Below are positions 1 to 9,432 of a DNA stretch of 64,000 nt, piece after piece (within the stretch, counting starts at the first letter, position 1; each line of letters begins with the position of its first letter). A program made the translations under genes and the position numbers. The notes below the pieces were generated by a model, which was given only the letters and a program-made list of their open reading frames with translations, was not told the DNA's origin and searched no databases. Source of the DNA: an uncultured Gemmatimonadales bacterium (GTDB taxonomy: Bacteria; Gemmatimonadota; Gemmatimonadetes; Longimicrobiales; RSA9). Location: contig OY970192.1 of NCBI GenBank assembly GCA_963708135.1, forward strand, positions 3,954,529 to 4,018,528, written 5' to 3'.

Positions 1-303
1 GGGTCGGTCATGTGGATCACGGGCTCCGTCTGGCCGTGCTTCCTCATCCACGCCCTGCACAATGCCATGGCCGTCATTCCCGACTCGATCGGCTCCGGAG
101 CCTCGCGCGCGCTCGAGCCGCTGCTCGGTCCCGGGGCAGGCCCCGCGCGCCAGGCCATCTCCCTCGTGGTATTGACGATCGCGCTCGGCGTCCTGCTTGC
201 GCCGATCGTGCGCCTGTGCCGCGCCATTCCGGCGGAGCCGCACGTGCGGCCGGAGCTGCCAAGCCGCCTGGACCGCGCGAACGCACCCCCCGCGCAAGCC
301 TGA
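1..303 (+). CDS. CPBP family intramembrane protease, C-terminal fragment (gene continues upstream of the window)
   Basis: The frame is open from base 1. The hydrophobic tail WITGSVWPCFLIHALHNAMAVI carries the H-x-x-x-N motif typical of CPBP/Abi proteases. The TGA stop lies at 301-303, 3 nt before the HlyD start. Confidence 0.5.
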   Translation, partial: GSVMWITGSVWPCFLIHALHNAMAVIPDSIGSGASRALEPLLGPGAGPARQAISLVVLTIALGVLLAPIVRLCRAIPAEPHVRPELPSRLDRANAPPAQA

Positions 304-306
304 CCA

Positions 307-1509
307 ATGGACGCCGGGTTGGCCGCGCCGGAGCTTCCCACGCTTGACCTCGACGGCTCCGTGGACTTCTACCTCGCGCGCACCGCGCCCCGGTCGCGCC
401 CAGCGTTCCTGCCCCTCCTTCTCGCCATCGGCCTCGCGCTGGCGTTGCTCCCGGTCGTGCAGGTGACGGTGACCGTCTCCGCACCAGGCGTACTGCGCCC
501 GCAGACGGAGCGGCACGACGTGCTGGCGGGCGTGGCCGGCGTCGTCGCGGCGGTGCCGGTCCGGGACGGTCGGGCCGTGACGGCGGGCGAGCTCCTCGTG
601 GCGCTCGCACCCGGCGCCCTCGAGGCGCGCAGCCGGGCGGCCGCGGCCGAGCTCGATGCGGCCCACGTACGCGCCGCGGACCTCCAGGCGCTCGTGACCG
701 CCGGCCCCGAGCACGCCTCGCTCCGGACAGGCGAGCTCGTCGAGTCGGCGCTGCGGGCCTCCCGCGAGCGTGCGGACCGTCGTCTCGCGGCCGCGAGCGC
801 CGAGCGCGCTCTGGGGCGCTTGCGCCGCCTCGATGCCCGGGGTCTCGCGGCGCCCGCCGAACTCGAGGACGCCACCACGCGGGCGGCCCAAGCGCGCGCC
901 ACGGTGGATGCGCTCGTCGCCAGCCAGACCGCCGATTGGCAGGCCGAGCTCGCGCGCTCGAGCGAGCAGGTCCGCTCCGCGCTGGCCAATGTGGCCGCGG
1001 TGCAGGAGGAACGGGCCGGGCAGCTGATCCGCGCGCCGATCGGCGGGACGATCGAGATCCTGACGCCGCTCTCGCCGGGAAGCTTTGTGGCGGCCGGTCA
1101 GCGCATCGCGGTGGTTTCCCCGGCGGGGCCGGTGATCGCGGAGGCGTACGTCTCTCCCAGCGACGTCGGACTGCTCGAGCCGGGCGCGCCCGTCCGGCTC
1201 CTGGTGGACGCCTTCGACCACACGCGCTGGGGGGCGCTCGCGGGCCGGGTCTCCACCATCGCGGATGATGCCGCCATCGTGGATGGTCGCGCCAAGTTCC
1301 GCATTCGCTGCGTTCTCGACCATCAGCGGCTGCGCCGTCCCGGCGGCGGCGTCGGCATCCTGCGGAAGGGAATGACGTTCCAGGCCCGCTTCCCCGTCGG
1401 CCGCCGCTCGCTGTTCTCGCTGCTCCAGGGCCGCCTCGATCGCTGGATCGATCGCCGCGAAGGCGACGCGCTGCCCCGAGCAGCCGACGAGCAGCAACCC
1501 GGAACCTGA
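307..1509 (+). CDS. HlyD family secretion (membrane fusion) protein
   Basis: 400 aa. It has an N-terminal TM segment (PAFLPLLLAIGLALALLPVV), a long Ala/Arg/Glu coiled-coil middle, and a C-terminal beta-barrel segment (IRAPIGGTIEILTP...). It abuts the ABC exporter, whose start is 1 nt after this stop. Confidence 0.8.
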   Translation: MDAGLAAPELPTLDLDGSVDFYLARTAPRSRPAFLPLLLAIGLALALLPVVQVTVTVSAPGVLRPQTERHDVLAGVAGVVAAVPVRDGRAVTAGELLVALAPGALEARSRAAAAELDAAHVRAADLQALVTAGPEHASLRTGELVESALRASRERADRRLAAASAERALGRLRRLDARGLAAPAELEDATTRAAQARATVDALVASQTADWQAELARSSEQVRSALANVAAVQEERAGQLIRAPIGGTIEILTPLSPGSFVAAGQRIAVVSPAGPVIAEAYVSPSDVGLLEPGAPVRLLVDAFDHTRWGALAGRVSTIADDAAIVDGRAKFRIRCVLDHQRLRRPGGGVGILRKGMTFQARFPVGRRSLFSLLQGRLDRWIDRREGDALPRAADEQQPGT

Positions 1510-1510
1510 C

Positions 1511-3715
1511 ATGCGACGCCGCGCCGTTCGCGTCCGCCAGCGCGACAGCTCCGACTGTGCCGCCGCATGCTTGGCCTCGGTCGCCGCATGGCACGGGCTG
1601 CGGCTTCCCGTCGCCCGCATCCGTCAACTCGCCGGCACCGACGCGCGCGGCACCACCGCGCTCGGACTGGTCCGCGCCGCAGAGGCGCTCGGGTTCCGCG
1701 CCAGGGGGGTCCGCGCGGCGCCGGAGGCCATTGCGGACGTGCCCCTCCCCGCGATCGCACACGTAACAAAGCCCGGAGGACGGCTTCACTTCGTCGTGCT
1801 GCACGACGTGCTCCACCGCGGCATCGCGGTCATGGACCCCGCCTCCGGCCGGATCGAGCGGATCCGCCACGAGGAGTGGGCCTCGCGCTGGACGGGCGTG
1901 CTTGTCCTCCTGGTGCCCGGAGACGACTTCCGGCCCGGCGGCGTCCCGGGATCCCCCACCCGCCGGTTCTGGCAGCTCGTCCGCCCGCACCGGACGGTCC
2001 TGGCGCAGGCCCTCCTCGGCGCGGCCGTCTACACGGTGCTGGGCCTGTCCACTGCGGTGTTCGTCCAGAACATCGTGGACCGCGTGCTTCTCGATGGGGA
2101 CCGGCGCCTCCTCGACCTCATGGGCATCGCCATGCTGGCGCTACTGGCCCTGCAGACCCGCATCGGCGTGGTCAAGGGGGTGCTCACTCTGGGAACGGGC
2201 CAGCGCATCGATGCGGCGCTCGTCCTCGGCTATTACCGCCACCTGCTCCGCCTGCCGCAACGCTTCTTCGACACCATGAGAGTCGGCGAGATCATCAGCC
2301 GCGTGAACGACGCCGTGAAGATCCGGGCGTTCGTGAATGACGTCGCGCTCGAGCTGACGGTGGACATGCTCATCGTGAGCTCGGCTTTCACGCTGATGTT
2401 CCTCTACTCGCCACAGCTGGCCGGCCTCGTGCTGCTCGCGCTGCCGACGTATGGGATCGTCTACGCCGTCGCCAACCGTCTTAACCGGTCCGGGCAGCGG
2501 GGGCTGATGGAGAGGGGCGCCGAGCTGGAGGCCCAGCTTGTGGAGTCCCTCGGCGCTGCGGGCACCATCAAGCGGTTCGCCATCGAGGACCACGTCGCCG
2601 TGGAGAACGAGCGCCGCTTCGTCGCCGTCCTCGGCGCCGTCCGTCGTTCGGCTCTGACCACCATCGGCGCCGGTGCGGCCGCTCAGGGGGTGAGCCGCCT
2701 CTTCACGATCCTCCTGCTCTGGTGCGGCGCCGCGCTCGCTCTCCAGGGCCGCCTCACCACCGGTCAGCTCCTCTCCTGCTACACCCTGCTCGGCTATCTC
2801 ACCGGACCCGTGGCCGCGCTGGTCGGCATGAACCGGACGCTGCAGGACGCGCTCATCGCCGCCGACCGCCTCTTCGAGATCCTGGACCTCGAAATCGAGC
2901 CCGTTCCGGAGCATCCCGCCGCGTTCGACGCCGGCTCCCCCTGCCGCGTCCACCTCCGGCATGTGACCTTCCGCTACGGCGCGCGGCCGCCGCTGCTCGA
3001 GGGCCTTGATCTGGTCCTCGAGCCCGGCCGGCTCACGGCACTCGTCGGCGAGAGCGGCTCCGGCAAGAGCACCATCGCCGCGCTCATCCTCGGGCTGCAC
3101 CCCGTCGATGCGGGGTGCATCGAGCTCGCGGGAATCGACCTGCGCCACCTGGCCCCCGACGGACTGCGTCGCGTGATCGGAACCGTGCCGCAACAGATCG
3201 ATCTGTTCGCGGGCAGCGTCGTGGACAACGTCGCCCTCGGCGACCCGGCGCCTGACGTGGCGCGCGTCATCGAGCTGTGCCGGCGCCTCGGCCTCGACGC
3301 GCTCGTCCGCACGCTTCCGCTCGCCTACGACACCCCCATCGGCGAGCGCGGTGTGGCGCTGTCGGGCGGCGAGCGCCAGCGCCTGGCCATCGCACGCGCG
3401 CTCTACCGCGATCCACCTGTGCTCCTCTTCGACGAGGCGACCTCCTCCCTCGACTCCATCGCGGAGAGCCTGGTCCGGACCGAGCTGCTGCGCCTGCGGG
3501 ACGAGGGCCGTACCCTCCTCGTGATCGCGCACCGCCTCGCCAGCGTGCGGGATGCCGACCGGATCATCGTGCTCGCCGCCGGCCGCGTCGCCGAGGAGGG
3601 CAGGCACGCCGAGCTCCTCGCCCGCGGGGGCGCCTACGCACGTCTCTGGGCTTCTCAGCACGGAGGGCCCGCCCCCAACCTGCTGGGCGAGCCCTCTCCC
3701 GCGCGATCGGCCTGA
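1511..3715 (+). CDS. Peptidase C39 domain-containing ABC transporter (bacteriocin-type processing exporter, PCAT)
   Basis: 734 aa. The N-terminal C39 motifs are RQRDSSDCAAACLASVAAWHG (catalytic Cys), HFVVLHDV and VMDPASG. A six-TM core follows. Walker A is GESGSGKST, the ABC signature is LSGGERQRLAIARAL, and Walker B is LLFDEATSSLD. Confidence 0.9.
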   Translation: MRRRAVRVRQRDSSDCAAACLASVAAWHGLRLPVARIRQLAGTDARGTTALGLVRAAEALGFRARGVRAAPEAIADVPLPAIAHVTKPGGRLHFVVLHDVLHRGIAVMDPASGRIERIRHEEWASRWTGVLVLLVPGDDFRPGGVPGSPTRRFWQLVRPHRTVLAQALLGAAVYTVLGLSTAVFVQNIVDRVLLDGDRRLLDLMGIAMLALLALQTRIGVVKGVLTLGTGQRIDAALVLGYYRHLLRLPQRFFDTMRVGEIISRVNDAVKIRAFVNDVALELTVDMLIVSSAFTLMFLYSPQLAGLVLLALPTYGIVYAVANRLNRSGQRGLMERGAELEAQLVESLGAAGTIKRFAIEDHVAVENERRFVAVLGAVRRSALTTIGAGAAAQGVSRLFTILLLWCGAALALQGRLTTGQLLSCYTLLGYLTGPVAALVGMNRTLQDALIAADRLFEILDLEIEPVPEHPAAFDAGSPCRVHLRHVTFRYGARPPLLEGLDLVLEPGRLTALVGESGSGKSTIAALILGLHPVDAGCIELAGIDLRHLAPDGLRRVIGTVPQQIDLFAGSVVDNVALGDPAPDVARVIELCRRLGLDALVRTLPLAYDTPIGERGVALSGGERQRLAIARALYRDPPVLLFDEATSSLDSIAESLVRTELLRLRDEGRTLLVIAHRLASVRDADRIIVLAAGRVAEEGRHAELLARGGAYARLWASQHGGPAPNLLGEPSPARSA

Positions 3716-3768
3716 GCCGCCCCTCACGGGCGGGGCGCGCCGCCGGCGCGCTCAGCGCCGTCCCGGCG

Positions 3769-4333
3769 CTACCACCATTCGCCGGCCGCCGGTCGGTACG
3801 GAGCGTCGTAGCCCGCCTGCTCCGCCCAGCTTCCACGCTCCCACCGGCCGATGCGCTCACCACCCCGGGCCGCGCCCCGGCCATTGCCCGCTGCGGCCGC
3901 CGTACGCCCCATGCCCGCCACCGAGAAGCGCGGCCCCAGAGGCTCCGCGCTATACCGGCCGTGCAGGTCGGCCTCCTGCCGGCCTCCGAAGTCCCTCCCG
4001 TAGCCGCCGCGCAGCTCCTCGCCGTACCCGCCGCCGCGCGAATCGGGGGAGAGTCGGCCGCCCCACCCGTGCTCGCGCCAGCCGCCGTGCATGACCCGGA
4101 AAGGGGTATGTCGGGCGCGGTCGTCGAACGGGTCCGCCGCGCAATGTCTCGAGGTCGTCGGCGCCGTACGCCGCGTCGTAGGTGTCGTAGGGAAGGGTGG
4201 ACGACGCAAGCTCGCCCCGGGGGCCCTCGCGGTGGCGGCCCGCGCCCCGGCGCCGCGCGCGGAGCGGACGGTGGGGGCCGAAGCCGGGAGAGAAGCTGCG
4301 CGGAGGATCGTACCCGAAGTCGTAGCGGGCCAT
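3769..4333 (-). CDS. Arg/Gly/Tyr-rich low-complexity protein, apparently frameshifted
   Basis: The ATG at 4333 is preceded by AGGAGAACGACC. The N-terminal frame reads MARYDFGYDPPRSFSPGFG...DDLETLRGG. A second frame continues DPFDDRARHTPFRVMHGGWREHGWGG...RGGGYGEELRGGYGRDFGG...SWAEQAGYDAPYRPAAGEWW to a stop at 3769. The junction is near the G-run at 4130-4132. Confidence 0.35.
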
Positions 4334-4488
4334 GGTCGTTCTCCTGTGCCGGCGGAAGCACCGCGCGCCAAGGCTCCCGGCGAGCGGTCCACCCCGCGGC
4401 ATCCACTGGACAAATGCCGTGTGGGGTGTCAGCATTGGAGGCGCGAAATCCCGTCCGGGAAAGCACTTGCACCGATCGCGAGCTGGAC

Positions 4489-6462
4489 ATGGAACCTACC
4501 GGTACCACGGCGGACCTGTTGCGCGGCCACGTCCTGATGCGCGGCCTCTCCGAGGAGGAATGCGCGATCCTGGCGAGCATCGCCCGCCCGATCTGCTATC
4601 TCCCCGGCAGCTACATCTTCCACGAGAGCCAGCCCCGCCGCGCGTTCGGCATCATCACACGGGGCTCGATCGAGATCCGGAAGGGCCGTCGCGGGCGCCC
4701 CGAGGTGCTCCACATCCTCGGCGCCGGCGATTCCTTCGGCGAGGGCAGCCTGCTGGACGACTACCCGCACTCGACCTCCGGCTACGTGGCCAGCCCGACC
4801 GAGCTGCTCCTCATCGCGCGCGAGGACGTCAGCCGCATCGGGAGCGAGAATCCCGGCCTCTACGCCCATCTCGTCGCGAACGCCGCCGGCACGATCGCGA
4901 GCCGCCTCAGGGCCGTGAACGCCCGCCTGGCGGGCCGCGGCGAGACCTACCTCTCCGGCGCGCTGCGGAGGGAGAAGGACCTGCTCGGCGAGCGCGAGGT
5001 CCCCGACCACTACTACTACGGCATCCAGACGCTGCGCGCGGTCGAGAACTTCCCGATCACCGGTATCCCACTCGCTCAATACCCGCACCTCGTCAAGGCG
5101 CTGGCCGCGGTGAAGGAGGCGGCCGCCGCCGCCAACCTCGAGCTCGGGCTGCTCGATGAGCCGGTCGCCAGCGCGATCATCCGCGCCGCCCGCGAGATCC
5201 GCGCGGGCGGCCTGCACAACCAGTTCGTCGTCGACGTGATCCAGGGCGGCGCCGGCACGTCCACGAACATGAACGCCAACGAGGTAATCGCGAATCGCGC
5301 CCTCGAGCTGCTGGGCAGGCGCCGCGGCGAGTACGCCGTCGTCCACCCCAACAACCACGTCAACCTCTCGCAGTCCACCAACGACGTGTACCCGACGGCC
5401 GTGAAGATCGCCGGCAACTGGGCGCTCCGTGAGCTCGAGCAGGCGCTGGCCGCCCTGCGCGACGCCTTTCTCGCCAGGGCCGACGAGTTCGCCGACATCG
5501 TGAAGATGGGACGCACCCAGCTCCAGGACGCCGTCCCCATGACGCTCGGCCAGGAGTTCCACGCCTACGGCGTCACCATCGGCGAGGACATCGAGCGGCT
5601 GCGCGAGGCCGCCGCGCTCATCCGCGAGATCAACATGGGCGCCACCGCCATCGGCACCGGCATCAACACCGACCCGCGCTACGCCGCCGTGGTCCGCCGC
5701 GAGCTCTCCACCATCACCGGCCTCGAGCTGATCACGAGCCCCGATCTGGTCGAGGCCACCTCCGACACCGGCGCCTTCGTCCTGCTCTCCGGCGTCCTCA
5801 AGCGCGTGGCCGTGAAGCTCTCCAAGATCTGCAACGACCTGCGGCTGCTCTCGAGCGGCCCGCGCGCCGGCCTCGGCGAGATCAACCTGCCGCCCATGCA
5901 GCCCGGCTCGAGCATCATGCCGGGCAAGGTCAACCCGGTGATCCCCGAGGTCGTCAACCAGGTCTGCTTCCAGGTTCTCGGCAACGACCTCACTGTCGCG
6001 CTCGCCGCCGAGGGCGGCCAGCTCCAGCTCAACGTCTTCGAGCCGGTCATCGCCTTCAACATCTTCCAGTCCGTGGACATGCTGACGCAGGCCTGCATCG
6101 TGCTCCGCGAGCGCTGCGTCCTCGGGATCACCGCCAACCGAGACCGCATCCGGCACATCCTCGAGAACAGCATCGGCGTGGTCACCGCGCTCGTCCCCTA
6201 CATCGGCTACGAGCGCGCCGGCGCCGTGGCCGGCGAGGCGCTCGAGACCGACCGCGGCGTCTACGACCTCGTCCTCGAGAAGGGCTTGCTCACGCGCGGC
6301 GAGCTGGACGAGATCCTCTCCCCCGACGCCATGACCCGCCCCCGTCCGATGCCCGCAACCGCCATCCGCCCCGGCGCCCCCGCCGCCGACCCTGGCCCCG
6401 AGGCACCGCCCCCCGCCGGGAACAACCGCTCCGCCGCCGCGCGCCCGGAGCGCGGACCGTGA
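4489..6462 (+). CDS. aspA: Cyclic-nucleotide-binding-like domain fused to aspartate ammonia-lyase
   Basis: 658 aa counted from the ATG at 4489. Residues ~10-140 form a CAP-effector-type fold (LMRGLSEEECAILA...GDSFGEGSLL). The remainder is class II fumarase/aspartase, with GTSTNMNANEVIANRA and the signature GSSIMPGKVNP. The 1061-aa ORF in the track is a shadow extension upstream of this start. Confidence 0.85.
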   Translation: MEPTGTTADLLRGHVLMRGLSEEECAILASIARPICYLPGSYIFHESQPRRAFGIITRGSIEIRKGRRGRPEVLHILGAGDSFGEGSLLDDYPHSTSGYVASPTELLLIAREDVSRIGSENPGLYAHLVANAAGTIASRLRAVNARLAGRGETYLSGALRREKDLLGEREVPDHYYYGIQTLRAVENFPITGIPLAQYPHLVKALAAVKEAAAAANLELGLLDEPVASAIIRAAREIRAGGLHNQFVVDVIQGGAGTSTNMNANEVIANRALELLGRRRGEYAVVHPNNHVNLSQSTNDVYPTAVKIAGNWALRELEQALAALRDAFLARADEFADIVKMGRTQLQDAVPMTLGQEFHAYGVTIGEDIERLREAAALIREINMGATAIGTGINTDPRYAAVVRRELSTITGLELITSPDLVEATSDTGAFVLLSGVLKRVAVKLSKICNDLRLLSSGPRAGLGEINLPPMQPGSSIMPGKVNPVIPEVVNQVCFQVLGNDLTVALAAEGGQLQLNVFEPVIAFNIFQSVDMLTQACIVLRERCVLGITANRDRIRHILENSIGVVTALVPYIGYERAGAVAGEALETDRGVYDLVLEKGLLTRGELDEILSPDAMTRPRPMPATAIRPGAPAADPGPEAPPPAGNNRSAAARPERGP

Positions 6463-7335
6463 GCGCCCCGGCGCCATACACCGCCCCGGCCGGCCTCCGC
6501 ACCGGACCCGTACACCTCGCCGTCCTCGATCTGCCCCGGATGGAGGCGTTCCACCGCGAGCTGCTCGGCCTCGAGCGCCTGCCCCACCCGCTGCCCGCCC
6601 AACGCGACGAAGCCGCCGCAGCCCCCGTCGCCTTCGGGCCCCCGGGAGGGCCGCCGCTGCTGCTCCTCTCCTCCGGTCCCGGGCTACGCCCCCGCCCGCC
6701 CCACACCACCGGCCTCTTCCACGTGGCGCTGCGCGTGCCCGACCGCCCCGCCCTCGCCCGCGTGCTGCTCCGCCTCCACCGCCGCCGCGTGCCGCTGGGC
6801 GCCTCCGACCACCGCGTCAGCGAGGCGCTCTACCTCGAGGATCCGGAGGGCAACGGGATCGAGATCTACGCCGACCGGCCGCGCGAGAGCTGGCCCGCGG
6901 ATGATGGCACGCTCGTCATGACGACCGAGCCGCTGGATGTGGAGGAGCTGCTCAGGACGGTCGGTGGACCGGGCGCCGAGGACGCCACCCTCCCGCCAGG
7001 CACCCGCGTCGGCCACATCCACCTGCAGGTCTCCGACATCCCGCCTGCCGTGCGGTTCTATCAGGAGGCGCTCGGGCTCGAGCTGCAGGCGCGCTACGGC
7101 CAGGACGCCGCGTTCCTCTCCGCCGGCGGATACCACCACCACATCGGGGTGAACGTCTGGGCGAGCCGCGGCGCGCCGGCGCCGCCGCCGGACGCCGCCG
7201 GCCTGCGCTGGGCCACGATCGAGCTGCCCTCTGCGGCCGACGTCGCCGCGCTCGGGGAGCATCTGGGGGGGAGTGACTGGGGCTTCGAGCGGGAGGGTGC
7301 CGGGCTCGCGCTGCGCGACCCGGCGGGAAACGCGC

Positions 7336-8688
<1,353 letters not shown>

Positions 8689-8762
8689 GATGGTGTGTTT
8701 CGCGGTGTCGATCTGCCTCGCCCGCGTGCCCGAAAATCGGCGCTCCGTCGCGCAGAACTCCC

Positions 8763-8791
8763 TTGACGATCCAAAGTGCGAGGCCTACTGT
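8763..8791 (+). promoter_or_regulatory. Candidate sigma-70-type promoter upstream of hup
   Basis: TTGACG (8763-8768), a 17-nt spacer, then TACTGT (8786-8791). It sits about 210 nt upstream of the hup ATG. Confidence 0.3.
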
Positions 8792-9004
8792 ATCGGAGCC
8801 TTTTGCGGCATGGCTCCGCGCCGGTCGGGGGTGTCTGGCCGGCGCGAGCGTCGGGCCAGCAAGTTGGTCCCGCGCACGGGGTCGCGCAAGGGCAGGAACC
8901 TTGCGTGACGGCGGGACTCCCGACAGGGCTCGGCACCGCGCTTACGCCGGCGGACTCCATGTCCGCGGTCGCCCCGACGATTCACCCTCAGCGAGGAGCA
9001 CGCC

Positions 9005-9301
9005 ATGAACAAGTCGGAACTGATCCAGGCTCTTTCCGAAAAGACGAAGATGACGAAGGCCGATGCATCGCGTGCCGTGGACGCGATCTTCAGCCCCAAT
9101 GGCGGGGTTATCACGCGGGCCCTCAAGAAGGGCGACAAGGTGCAGATCACCGGCTTCGGCACCTTCGAGACCCGCCAGCGGAAGGCCCGCACCGGCCGCA
9201 ATCCGCGTACGGGGAAGGAGATCAAGATCGGTCCGACGACAAGCGCTTCCTTCCGTCCGGGCAAGGCGCTGAAGGACACCGTCAAGTCGCGGGGCCGCTG
9301 A
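9005..9301 (+). CDS. hup: HU family DNA-binding protein
   Basis: 98 aa: MNKSELIQALSEKTKMTKADASRAVDAIF...GFGTFETRQRKARTGRNPRTGKEIKI. This is the canonical HU/IHF arm sequence. Confidence 0.9.
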   Translation: MNKSELIQALSEKTKMTKADASRAVDAIFSPNGGVITRALKKGDKVQITGFGTFETRQRKARTGRNPRTGKEIKIGPTTSASFRPGKALKDTVKSRGR

Positions 9302-9333
9302 GCTACGGCGTCCGGCCGCGGACGCGGAGCACC

Positions 9334-9367
9334 GAGGGGCCGCGCCTCCCGAGGCGCGGCCCCTCGT
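9334..9367. terminator. GC-rich hairpin between convergent hup and the helicase-like gene
   Basis: CGAGGGGCCGCGCCTC (9334-9349) is the perfect reverse complement of GAGGCGCGGCCCCTCG (9352-9367). There is no U-tract on either side. Confidence 0.5.
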
Positions 9368-9432
9368 CCACCCCGATGATGTGATTCCTTCTCACCCGCC
9401 ACGCCCGCCGCCGCGCCCGCCGCCAGCGCGCG

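Noticed and set aside
74-1990. 638-aa minus-strand ORF, and similar very long ORFs elsewhere: 2141-3727(-), 4429-6477(-), 10541-12454(+), 13472-14563(-), 21277-23730(-), 24519-27038(-), 33585-35216(+), 35143-36921(+), 43482-45215(-) and 53887-57309(+, 1140 aa).
   Set aside because: They are shadow frames of a high-GC genome, where stop codons are rare. Their translations are monotonous Arg/Ala/Pro/Gly strings with no recognisable motifs. Each is fully overlapped by an ORF in another frame or strand that carries clear family signatures.
3277-4488. A 404-codon N-terminal extension of the aspartase ORF; the track lists it as 1061 aa.
   Set aside because: The upstream part is Arg/Pro/Ala-rich with no domain features. 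It overlaps the PCAT 3' end and the minus-strand Arg/Gly-rich gene. The CNB-like domain begins right after the ATG at 4489.
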